In this document: in pieces, positions 26,558 through 34,844 of the stretch
Position numbering within the stretch: position 1 is the first letter of the stretch
How the letters are laid out: each line of letters starts with the position of its first letter
Source: Bacteroidales bacterium
Lineage (GTDB): Bacteria > Bacteroidota > Bacteroidia > Bacteroidales > UBA7960
NCBI GenBank assembly: GCA_007118495.1
Contig: SKRM01000017.1
Location: 8,675 to 72,674, forward strand
Length of the DNA stretch: 64,000 bases
Reading direction: 5' to 3'
The notes under the pieces: model-generated
The model's database searches: none
What the model was told of the DNA's origin: nothing
What the model saw: only the letters and a program-made list of their open reading frames with translations
Made by a program: the position numbers and the translations under genes

Positions 26558-27598
26558 CTACATAGCACTCCTGACGATTTCAAGGGCTTTATCCAGGATA
26601 TCATCCCTGCCTTGCATTCGTCCTGTTTCTGTCATATACACAACGTGATCAGGTACCACACCCGATTCTATACTTACACCTTCAGGGTCTAAAAATCTGG
26701 TACTTGATACCCTGAGTCGCCAGCCATTTGCCAGATCACGAACAGCCGGCATACCACCCCCGCCACCTGTGGTATCACCAACAAGGGTTACATTTGGGAG
26801 CACCTTCATATATTGGGCAAAATAGGTTGTTGCACTGTAGCTTTTCCGGTTGGTCAGCACTACCACCGGCCCGTGAAACAATGATCCATCGTGTGGTTTA
26901 ATATATACATCTGATTGTCTGAAATCTTCATGTCCGGGACCGTTTTTTACCCAATTGGTACCCACCAATGTGCGTTGATCAGTAAACCTCGATGCCAGCT
27001 TTCGGGCATTCTCTGGGCTGCCTCCGCCATTACTGCGTACATCAATTATGATTCCTCCCCTGCCCTGTGCCGAATTAATTACCAGGTCAAGGTTCGCGTC
27101 ACTAATGGCCTGGGCAAAACTGCCATAGTAAATATAAACGATATCGTCATGAGGTGATTCTTCATCCATGCCTTCAAATACAAAAAATTGCAGGGGGCCA
27201 ATGTACCGCTGCCTGTCTTTGAAATAATTTCTTTCGATTAGAGGGTAGTCAAAATTTTCAGGACTATCCAGGTACCAAGCCCAATACCGCGACCTGTCAA
27301 ATGAACTTATCAGGTTAACATGACCATCACGCAATCTATACAACATGGCTGCACAAACATCAAAAAGGCTCACGGCATCCATATCTTCAATCAAGAACTG
27401 CCTGTAGTGATCACCCTTTGCCGCCCAGTCAATATTTTTCTCTTCAAAAAATGAGTAATGACGATCTGTAAAATCCCAGATATCTTCAAATATACCAAGC
27501 GGATCTTTAGAGGCATCAGGTTCAATAAAAATGCGCTCGCATGCTATGAAAAAAAACATACCCGCAATTAAAATGAAGATGTATCTAAACATTGACAT
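26558..27598 (-). CDS. S41 family peptidase (tail-specific/C-terminal processing protease-like, short form)
   Basis: Signal/lipobox FFFIAC. S41 core GGIIIDVRSNGGGS...VVVLTNRKSYSATT. Confidence 0.75.
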   Translation of the reverse strand: MSMFRYIFILIAGMFFFIACERIFIEPDASKDPLGIFEDIWDFTDRHYSFFEEKNIDWAAKGDHYRQFLIEDMDAVSLFDVCAAMLYRLRDGHVNLISSFDRSRYWAWYLDSPENFDYPLIERNYFKDRQRYIGPLQFFVFEGMDEESPHDDIVYIYYGSFAQAISDANLDLVINSAQGRGGIIIDVRSNGGGSPENARKLASRFTDQRTLVGTNWVKNGPGHEDFRQSDVYIKPHDGSLFHGPVVVLTNRKSYSATTYFAQYMKVLPNVTLVGDTTGGGGGMPAVRDLANGWRLRVSSTRFLDPEGVSIESGVVPDHVVYMTETGRMQGRDDILDKALEIVRSAM

Positions 27599-27616
27599 GT
27601 TTTTGAATAATAAGCT

Positions 27617-28510
27617 TTAATTAACCATAAAATATAGTTCAAGCACAAGCCGGTGGCTGGCATGACCGGTTTTAAGTTTGTGGTCGCCCTGTATTCCGTA
27701 ATAATCCCAAACATATCCGATACGAAACCAGTTAGGATTGTAGCTACCTCCGAACGACTCCCTTATATGCACTGATGTAGTCAAACGTTGGTAATTGAAC
27801 GGATGCAACATCATATTCGTTGTGGGTTGCATGGCCAGACTTCCGTCGTTTCCAATTTCAAATCCAACGCCATAGTCAGGAAACCTGAAGGCGTAACCCA
27901 TAATGCTCATCCCTGCACCCAGATCAACAAACCATGGCCTTTTTAAAAAATGAAATGACAGTGAAGACTGCACTACTGGCCTGATATCCAGTAAAATATC
28001 TGCATATAGAAAAGAATTGCCCAATGAAGGTGCCATACGAATATTCGCCAGCAAATCCGATTGCCCGCCCAGGTATATTGTCATGAAATCACCATCAATC
28101 AAACCCCTCATGTATTTATATCCCATTCCAAAAACCGGGTTATAAACTATGGTTCCCCCATGGTCAGGTTTGGTGTAGTGCAGGTCAGCCCTTGCGAAAG
28201 TCGCTTCAGTAATATAACCAGGTCTGCGAACATGCCTGCCAAATGCGATACCCCCGCCTGGCCCCCCGTAAAGCAAAGCGGACATTCTCTGGTCAGAGAA
28301 ACTCCCATATGAAACACCCTGGTCAATTTTAAAATACACAAGCTTGTCAGGAAATTCAGACAGGTAAGTTGCCCTCAATTGTCCCCTGGGGTCAAAGTTT
28401 GACGGGCAGGGAAACGGTGAACCACTCTGGGCATTTGATGACCAGGTGCAAGTTGAAAAAACAAACAAAAAAAACCACGTTTTATACCAAATTGGTTTTT
28501 TCATACGCAT
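27617..28510 (-). CDS. Hypothetical outer-membrane protein
   Basis: The start is placed at MRMKKPIWYKTWFFLFVFSTCTWSSNAQ (signal). Gly/Tyr-rich strands and a C-terminus LVLELYFMVN. It lies 18 nt upstream of the S41 gene on the same strand. Confidence 0.45.
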   Translation of the reverse strand: MRMKKPIWYKTWFFLFVFSTCTWSSNAQSGSPFPCPSNFDPRGQLRATYLSEFPDKLVYFKIDQGVSYGSFSDQRMSALLYGGPGGGIAFGRHVRRPGYITEATFARADLHYTKPDHGGTIVYNPVFGMGYKYMRGLIDGDFMTIYLGGQSDLLANIRMAPSLGNSFLYADILLDIRPVVQSSLSFHFLKRPWFVDLGAGMSIMGYAFRFPDYGVGFEIGNDGSLAMQPTTNMMLHPFNYQRLTTSVHIRESFGGSYNPNWFRIGYVWDYYGIQGDHKLKTGHASHRLVLELYFMVN

Positions 28511-28641
28511 TACGGGTGTGGGCTCGCAGATATCAGTCACCATAGACATTGACTCAGATACAAAAGTAAAAAAAATGCTTAATTGTCTGTATCACCTGCA
28601 AGCTGCCATTCCGGCCCATCCCTTTCTTTCTTGTTATTTCG

Positions 28642-28649
28642 TATTTTTG
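28642..28649 (+). promoter_or_regulatory. Bacteroidota-type -7 promoter box (TAnnTTTG)
   Basis: TATTTTTG lies 25 nt upstream of the rlmN ATG. Confidence 0.35.
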
Positions 28650-28674
28650 CAAAAGGAGAATAAGCAACTGATCA

Positions 28675-29706
28675 ATGGAAAACTTATTTGGTAAAACACT
28701 AACACAGCTTCAGAAAATAACTGAAGAAAATAACTGGCCTGCATATACTGCAAGCCAGTTGGCAAGATGGATATATGTTGCCCATACCACTTCCATTGAT
28801 GAGATGACAAATATTTCTGCAAAGATCAGAGAAACCCTTAAGGAGCAGTACCATATTCTTGTTAATCCACCCCAGCGCGAACACACATCAATTGACGGTA
28901 CAAAGAAATACCTATTTGAGCTCCACGGGCCACATTATATTGAAACGGCTTACATCCCTGAAAAATCGAGGCACACGCTTTGTGTTTCTTCACAGGCCGG
29001 GTGCAAAATGGGCTGCACCTTCTGTATGACTGCCCGACAAGGATTCAGCAAAAACCTCACGGCTGCTGAAATTCTGAACCAGTACCGCAGTGTCCCTGAA
29101 CATCCAATACTAACCAATATTGTTTATATGGGCATGGGTGAACCCCTGGATAATATTGATGCAGTGAATGATTCACTTGATATCTTAACCAGCTCATATG
29201 GTTATTCAATGAGCCCAAGGCGTATCACTGTATCAACCATCGGGTTACTCCCTTATCTTTCTCAATTTCTCATGCAGAGCAAGTGCAATCTGGCAGTCAG
29301 CCTGCATTCTCCATTCGCTGAAGAACGCAGGTTGATGGTGCCTGTTGAAAAAACCCATCCGATCAAAAACATACTGAACGAAATAAGAAACTTTGATATT
29401 GAGCGTCAGCGACGCATTTCATTCGAGTACATTGTTTGCAAAAACTGGAACCACAGCAGCAAACATGTCAATGAACTTGCAAGGCAGCTCAACGGAATCC
29501 GTTGCCGTATCAACCTGATTCCCTATCATCCGATTCCTGGCAGTAGTTTCATACCCCCTGAATTATCAGATCTTGAAATATTCCGCTCTAAACTCAATGC
29601 CAAAGGAATTGTAACCACTGTCAGAAAATCAAGAGGGCAAGATATCCAGGCTGCCTGCGGACTTTTATCTACCCTTGAAAGGAGTGGAAGGGTTGGTTTG
29701 GAATAA
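28675..29706 (+). CDS. rlmN: 23S rRNA/tRNA adenine-C2 methyltransferase RlmN (radical SAM)
   Basis: CVSSQAGCKMGCTFCMT radical-SAM cluster, GMGEPLDN, and C-terminal ACGLL. Confidence 0.93.
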   Translation: MENLFGKTLTQLQKITEENNWPAYTASQLARWIYVAHTTSIDEMTNISAKIRETLKEQYHILVNPPQREHTSIDGTKKYLFELHGPHYIETAYIPEKSRHTLCVSSQAGCKMGCTFCMTARQGFSKNLTAAEILNQYRSVPEHPILTNIVYMGMGEPLDNIDAVNDSLDILTSSYGYSMSPRRITVSTIGLLPYLSQFLMQSKCNLAVSLHSPFAEERRLMVPVEKTHPIKNILNEIRNFDIERQRRISFEYIVCKNWNHSSKHVNELARQLNGIRCRINLIPYHPIPGSSFIPPELSDLEIFRSKLNAKGIVTTVRKSRGQDIQAACGLLSTLERSGRVGLE

Positions 29707-29743
29707 AAGCTGTTTTTCAGTAAATTGAAAACAGGGAGTGAAC

Positions 29744-31282
29744 ATGGCCGTTATAGGAAACATCATAAAAGCTACCTTGGAAATTACCGGGAGGTTCTGG
29801 CCCGAACCCGCACCGGGTGAGGCACAGAAGCAATTATTGCGCTCGATGCTTCAAACAGCCGCATCGACAAGCTTTGGTAAAAAATATCATTTTAGCGATA
29901 TACTACAAAAACCTGATCTGATCAGGCAATTTACCGCGTCAGTTCCATACCATGACTATAATGCCATGTACCAGAAATGGTGGAGAAGGCAAATTGAACA
30001 TGGAGAAACAGACGTAAGCTGGCCGGGGAATGCCCGCTATTTTGCTTTGAGTGCAGGTACTACAGGCAAAGAAAGTAAAAGAATTCCTGTAACAGAAGAT
30101 ATGCTTGAGGCAATCCGCAAAACCAGCCTTTTACAGATTCTGGCCACCTCAAATTTTAAGCTTCCGTCATACTTTTACGAAAAAGAGATTATGATGCTTG
30201 GCAGCAGTACACAATTGCAAAAGTCGGGCAAACATCTCGAAGGCGAAATCAGTGGCATCACTGCCAGAAATATTCCTGCCTGGTTTGAGCGTTTTTACCG
30301 TCCGGGCAAAGAGATTGCATCAATCTCTGATTGGGACAAGCGGGTTGAAAGGATTGCCATCGAAGCACCAGGTTGGGATATAGGTGCCATGGCAGGTATC
30401 CCTTCATGGAATGAGCTCATGCTCAAAAAGGTCATAGAGTATAACGGAGCAAACCATATCCATGACATTTGGCCCAACCTCAGGGTATTTGCTTCAGGTG
30501 GTGTTGCATTCTCACCATACAGAAAATCATTTGACAAGCTCATGGGTAGACCCATGACCTATCTTGATACCTACCTGGCTTCAGAGGGTTTCATAGCTTA
30601 TCAGGCGCGACCCAACAGGAGGATGGCCATGAAACTGTCTTTTAATAGTGGCATCTTCTTTGAATTTATTCCATTCAAAGAAGAATACCTCGACAACAAC
30701 GGAAGCATTGAGCAGGGAGCTCCTTCACTTACTATTGACGAAGTTGAAGAAGGCCATGACTATGTTCTTGTGATATCGACCGTGGCAGGAGTCTGGCGTT
30801 ATATGATAGGAGATACGGTTCGTTTTACTGATAAGCAGCTTACTGAAATCATCATCACAGGACGCACCAAACACTTTCTCAATGTGGTCGGGTCGCAATT
30901 GTCTGTTTTGCAGATGAATACTGCCATGAAAAAACTAGAAGAATTGTTTGGTCTGAGAATTCCTGAGTTCACCGTATCGGCTGTCAGGCAAACTGACGAC
31001 TACATTCACCACTGGTATCTTGGTTCAGCTGAAAAAGCAAGTAAAGATGAGCTTGCATCGGCGCTTGATGAAATCTTGCAAGACATGAACAAGGCTTATA
31101 AGATGGCCCGGGGCAAGGCATTAAAAGGTGTGAAGGTTGATATAGTATCACCTGCCGTTTTTCATGGTTGGGCTGAAAAAAACAAATCCAAAGGCGGACA
31201 GGTGAAAATACCCAGGGTTATGTCTGAAAAGAAATTTACCCAATGGCGCTCCTTTGCCGACACATTCAAGACTGAGGCCTGA
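29744..31282 (+). CDS. GH3-family (auxin-responsive GH3-like) adenylate-forming enzyme homologue
   Basis: 512 aa. FALSAGTTGKESKRIPVT (the ATP-binding SSGTT-like motif of the GH3/ANL fold), YLASEGF, and VISTVAGVWRYMIGDTVRF. The listed GTG at 29738 is 2 codons upstream of the ATG. Confidence 0.75.
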   Translation: MAVIGNIIKATLEITGRFWPEPAPGEAQKQLLRSMLQTAASTSFGKKYHFSDILQKPDLIRQFTASVPYHDYNAMYQKWWRRQIEHGETDVSWPGNARYFALSAGTTGKESKRIPVTEDMLEAIRKTSLLQILATSNFKLPSYFYEKEIMMLGSSTQLQKSGKHLEGEISGITARNIPAWFERFYRPGKEIASISDWDKRVERIAIEAPGWDIGAMAGIPSWNELMLKKVIEYNGANHIHDIWPNLRVFASGGVAFSPYRKSFDKLMGRPMTYLDTYLASEGFIAYQARPNRRMAMKLSFNSGIFFEFIPFKEEYLDNNGSIEQGAPSLTIDEVEEGHDYVLVISTVAGVWRYMIGDTVRFTDKQLTEIIITGRTKHFLNVVGSQLSVLQMNTAMKKLEELFGLRIPEFTVSAVRQTDDYIHHWYLGSAEKASKDELASALDEILQDMNKAYKMARGKALKGVKVDIVSPAVFHGWAEKNKSKGGQVKIPRVMSEKKFTQWRSFADTFKTEA

Positions 31283-31394
31283 ATTGCCGTTCAGCAAAAA
31301 AAATATACCACTTCAGTACAAACGATCTGTTTTCCTTTGTTTTATTTAAAGACACTTCTATTTTTACATACGAAAACATTTATCGCATCAACAT

Positions 31395-31781
31395 ATGCAA
31401 CATACTTTATCATATGAAGGAATATGGGTTCGGGAACCCAGAAGAATCAGGCTAATCAACTTCGACTCCATTACGCATATTGAATGCATAGATGGCATTT
31501 CAGTTCTCAAGATGGGGAAGAAAACAGTAAAGAAACTACACCTACCTCTCAGTACACTAGAAAAAAAGTTTCCACCCAGTCGATTTTTTCGCACCCATAG
31601 AAATTATATTGTAAACAAAAAATATGTCAGAGACTACATCCAGGGTGATCCTGAGGTACTATGTGCCGGAGAAGCAAAAATACCCATTGCCCGCAGACGG
31701 AAAAAAGAGTTTAATACATTCATAAAACAAAGTACCACCAAACCAAAATACAATGGAAGCATTGGAGGCCCTGGCCAATAA
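31395..31781 (+). CDS. Stand-alone LytTR DNA-binding domain protein
   Basis: 128 aa. I..IECIDG...L...LEKKFPPSRFFRTHRNYIVNKKYV...IPIARRRKKEF is the LytTR pattern. No receiver or sensor domain. Confidence 0.8.
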   Translation: MQHTLSYEGIWVREPRRIRLINFDSITHIECIDGISVLKMGKKTVKKLHLPLSTLEKKFPPSRFFRTHRNYIVNKKYVRDYIQGDPEVLCAGEAKIPIARRRKKEFNTFIKQSTTKPKYNGSIGGPGQ

Positions 31782-32073
31782 ACTGCAACGCAAAGACGAA
31801 ATTGCTTATGTATATCTGTTTCATGGATACACCATAGTGGTGTTAAAGAATGGCACCAATGAAGTTATTGATATGCCAATAGATGCCATAGAAAAGTATT
31901 TATCTGATTACTATTTTTTTAGAACACATCGATCCGTGCTTGTTAATCTACTAAAGATCAATGAACTGGAAATAAAAAACAACCAGTTGCTGATCAAAAT
32001 GCGCGGCCACGAATTGCCTGTTTCAAGAAGAAGAAAGAAAAAGCTTCTCGAGTTGCTCGGTGCTGTTTCATAG
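31753..32073 (+). CDS. Stand-alone LytTR DNA-binding domain protein (paralogue)
   Basis: 106 aa. IAYVYLFHGYT...IEKYLSDYYFFRTHRSVLVNLLKI...LPVSRRRKKKLLELL. Its start overlaps the preceding gene by 29 nt. Confidence 0.8.
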   Translation: MEALEALANKLQRKDEIAYVYLFHGYTIVVLKNGTNEVIDMPIDAIEKYLSDYYFFRTHRSVLVNLLKINELEIKNNQLLIKMRGHELPVSRRRKKKLLELLGAVS

Positions 32074-32096
32074 AGCATTAAAACGTTGCCTGGTCG

Positions 32097-32115
32097 ATAC
32101 CCAACAGGTATTTTT
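32097..32115 (+). terminator. Weak candidate terminator after the LytTR pair
   Basis: ATACC-CAACA-GGTAT followed by TTTT. The stem is only 5 bp. Confidence 0.3.
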
Positions 32116-32275
32116 CATCTTTCACTTGCAAGGTTTCATTATTATCAATATATTTAAGGTAATTAACATGCACTTCATGTGCATTCGTTTGTGCCGCTCA
32201 TTGACTTTTTAATGCCTGCAAGCTTCCCCTGATTAGTAAATTTCAGTTTCCATCATAAATACAGGAGGTACAAAG

Positions 32276-33877
32276 ATGAACAAACTACCATGTATCAGAG
32301 CACTTACTCCATCTGCAAGCAAACTGATGACATTGCTTTGCATCTTATCCTTTATGGCCCCATTACACGGATCAGCTAAGGGGTCTGACACCCTGAATGA
32401 TCAGGATGCACACACTGCCAATCCCCTGATTTATGATACAGGTGCCCAGGCGGCGCTGGGCGCAACAGCGACCCTCATTGATCAGTACCTGCAACATGCA
32501 TTGACTTCATTAAGGCTTATTGCCGCCTCTCCTGCCACCCGCAGTGGAATCTGGCCTGAGATCAGACCCTCACTTGAAACCCTTTGCCGGGCCATTCCCG
32601 GTGCCGCACTTTACATTGAGCCTGACGGCGGCTATTACAGTGTCGACCAGGGTTACACCGGGCTGAACCTGGCAGACAGGGAATATTTTGGTAAGCTATT
32701 TGGTGGACAAGAAGTGCACGGCTCATTAATATATAGCAGGTCAACAGGCAAACAGTCGGTCATCATTGCAGTTCCGGTCTTTGAAGGCCGCGAAGTTACC
32801 GGAGCCGTTGCACTATCAGTCTTTCTTGAAGATTTTCAAAAACTTGTCAGCGAATCGTTGAAACTTCCTGACAACTTTCTATGGTATGTGATAGATGAAA
32901 AAGCTTATACTGTTCTACACCCCCGGGCCGACTTTGTTTTTATGAACCCAGCCCTACAGGGTGGCCCCTCTCTAAGCAAAGCCGTTGAAGATATCACTGC
33001 CAGAAAAAGTGGCCAAACTTCTTATGTGTTTGGGGGCCGGAATACACACATACTTTTTACCAGCGTACCTTTTAATAATTGGCGTGTCATTTTAGGCAAA
33101 ATCGGCGACCCGGTTCAGGAGGATATATCGCCTGAAGCACTTGAGGTCTTGAACATGTTCTCAACCAGAATTGAAACCCAACTCAGAGAAATGGACAATA
33201 ATCTTCGCCAGGCAGTATCAGGTTTTGGCGGACGTTTTCCTTCAGAAAATGCTGCCAGAAATGCTTTCAGAAAAATATATGAAGACAACCCATTTGTAAT
33301 CAGTTGTGCCCTCATAAACCCCGAAGGCGTTATAATATATATTGAACCATCAGAGTTTTACCCATCCCAGGGAAAAAACATCAGAGATCAGGAAAATTAT
33401 TTTCAAATGCAAAAAAGCAAAATCCCCATGCTAAGCAGTTCTTTCTTGGCCATCGAGGGTTTTGACGCAGTCAGCCTGCAGCATCCAATCCTCGATCAAA
33501 TGGGAGGATTTCACGGATCGGTGAGCCTGCTCATCAGGCCTGAGGTAATGATTGAAGAGCTGGCTACTCCTTTTGTGGCTGAAACGCCATTCCAACCCTG
33601 GATCATGGAGCCTGAAGGTCGCATCATTTTTGACAAGGCATTTGATGGTACAGGCAGGATGCTGTTTTTGGATTACCGGACTGCAGAGACACATAGTTTG
33701 CTCGAACTGGGTGAGAAAATTGCCAACCAACCTGCAGGAAAAAGTGACTATGTGCACATTCAACCTTATAGCGAAGAGAGGACAATTAAAATGGCCCTCT
33801 GGGATACCATCAGGTTACATGGTACTGAATGGCGTATCATTATTTCATACAATCCCTACGATGCAGACGAAAATTAA
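32276..33877 (+). CDS. Secreted protein made of two tandem Cache/PDC-like sensor modules, with no TM anchor or output domain
   Basis: 533 aa with a signal peptide (LMTLLCILSFMAPLHGSA). Module 1: YIEPDGGYYSVDQGYTGLNLADREYFGKLFGG...IIAVPVF. Module 2: LINPEGVIIYIEPSEFYPSQGKNIRDQENYFQMQ. No hydrophobic segment after the signal. Preceded by AGGAGG-N7-ATG. Confidence 0.6.
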   Translation: MNKLPCIRALTPSASKLMTLLCILSFMAPLHGSAKGSDTLNDQDAHTANPLIYDTGAQAALGATATLIDQYLQHALTSLRLIAASPATRSGIWPEIRPSLETLCRAIPGAALYIEPDGGYYSVDQGYTGLNLADREYFGKLFGGQEVHGSLIYSRSTGKQSVIIAVPVFEGREVTGAVALSVFLEDFQKLVSESLKLPDNFLWYVIDEKAYTVLHPRADFVFMNPALQGGPSLSKAVEDITARKSGQTSYVFGGRNTHILFTSVPFNNWRVILGKIGDPVQEDISPEALEVLNMFSTRIETQLREMDNNLRQAVSGFGGRFPSENAARNAFRKIYEDNPFVISCALINPEGVIIYIEPSEFYPSQGKNIRDQENYFQMQKSKIPMLSSSFLAIEGFDAVSLQHPILDQMGGFHGSVSLLIRPEVMIEELATPFVAETPFQPWIMEPEGRIIFDKAFDGTGRMLFLDYRTAETHSLLELGEKIANQPAGKSDYVHIQPYSEERTIKMALWDTIRLHGTEWRIIISYNPYDADEN

Positions 33878-33955
33878 AATAAAGCCGGGGCCTGAATGCT
33901 TGGTAGTTTTTAAAAATGCAACTATCTTTAAGCTTGTATTTATCAGCTGACACCT

Positions 33956-34783
33956 ATGCGAGCAGGTCGGTTTAGTCTCCATGTGTTAAAAAACTTGTTC
34001 TCACCCGGATGGATTGTTTACTTTCCGCTGCTTCTGGTTATTTCATTTTCTTCGTGTGTTTCTCTGCTATTTCCGAGGGTTGATACAACAAATGCCAGCA
34101 AAGTCATGGCAGGCGACCCAAGATTGAGCAATGAGGAATATGCCAGCAGAATTGCAGCTGACGGTTGGCCTGTCGGGCAGCTCAATACCGCAGCAAATGC
34201 CAGCTACCTTGATGAAGACGAGAAAAACATCATTTTGGCACACAACCTTGTCAGGTATAATCCCGAAAAATTTGCCATGCTTTATGTGGCCGAATTTATC
34301 AATTACTTCAGAGGAAATGAATTTCACTACCCCGAATTCGGAACCATACTTTTGACAAGAGAGGGTGTTACCCCTGCCAACGAGCTCTATTTTGAACTTC
34401 TCAAGACTGAGCCCATGGGTATTTTGCACCCTTCTGAAGGCCTTTCTCAGGCGGCTAAGCTGCACGCAACCTATTTGCGCAGAAGAGGTATCCGTGGACA
34501 TGGCGGACAGGGGGGCATCAGAGCCCGCATAGAGCGCTTCGGCAGATGGGACGGCCAAATTGGTGAAAACATCACCTATGGAAATTTTTCAGCGCATGAT
34601 GCTGTCATTTACCTTTTGATCGATGATGATGTTTTTGACAGAAGCCACCGCTATAACATTATGAATCCAGGCTTTAACTATGTGGGCGTTGCCAAAGACA
34701 GGCATCCGGGATTTCCTGTCGGCGATATGTATGTCATTAACTACGCCTATTATTTCAGAGAGCATGAGATTTCTTCCCAATAA
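33956..34783 (+). CDS. CAP/SCP/PR-1 superfamily domain lipoprotein
   Basis: Lipobox LLVISFSSC. CAP-like NIILAHNLVRYNP, HGGQGG...GENITYG, and SHRYNIMNPGFNYVGVA. Confidence 0.7.
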   Translation: MRAGRFSLHVLKNLFSPGWIVYFPLLLVISFSSCVSLLFPRVDTTNASKVMAGDPRLSNEEYASRIAADGWPVGQLNTAANASYLDEDEKNIILAHNLVRYNPEKFAMLYVAEFINYFRGNEFHYPEFGTILLTREGVTPANELYFELLKTEPMGILHPSEGLSQAAKLHATYLRRRGIRGHGGQGGIRARIERFGRWDGQIGENITYGNFSAHDAVIYLLIDDDVFDRSHRYNIMNPGFNYVGVAKDRHPGFPVGDMYVINYAYYFREHEISSQ

Positions 34784-34785
34784 AA

Positions 34786-34810
34786 AATGTCCCGGTTAGT
34801 CCGGGACATT
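34786..34810. terminator. Bidirectional intrinsic terminator
   Basis: Perfect 10-bp stem AATGTCCCGG/CCGGGACATT with a 5-nt loop. A-run upstream (a T-run for the minus-strand E1 gene) and TATTT downstream. Confidence 0.75.
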
Positions 34811-34844
34811 CATATTTCATGCTGCGTAAATGTCAATCTTCAAA

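Noticed and set aside
31753-31781. The two LytTR ORFs as one frameshifted gene or pseudogene
   Set aside because: Each ORF encodes one complete LytTR domain with its own start and its own C-terminal basic tail. The 29-nt overlap is typical of translational coupling. A sequencing error cannot be excluded without reads.
32168-32212. 14-codon ORF (MHFMCIRLCRSLTF) in the gap between the LytTR pair and the Cache gene, a possible leader peptide or small inhibitor
   Set aside because: It is too short to evaluate, has no SD or conserved context that I can see, and overlaps a 6-bp inverted repeat that explains the ATG...CAT pattern.
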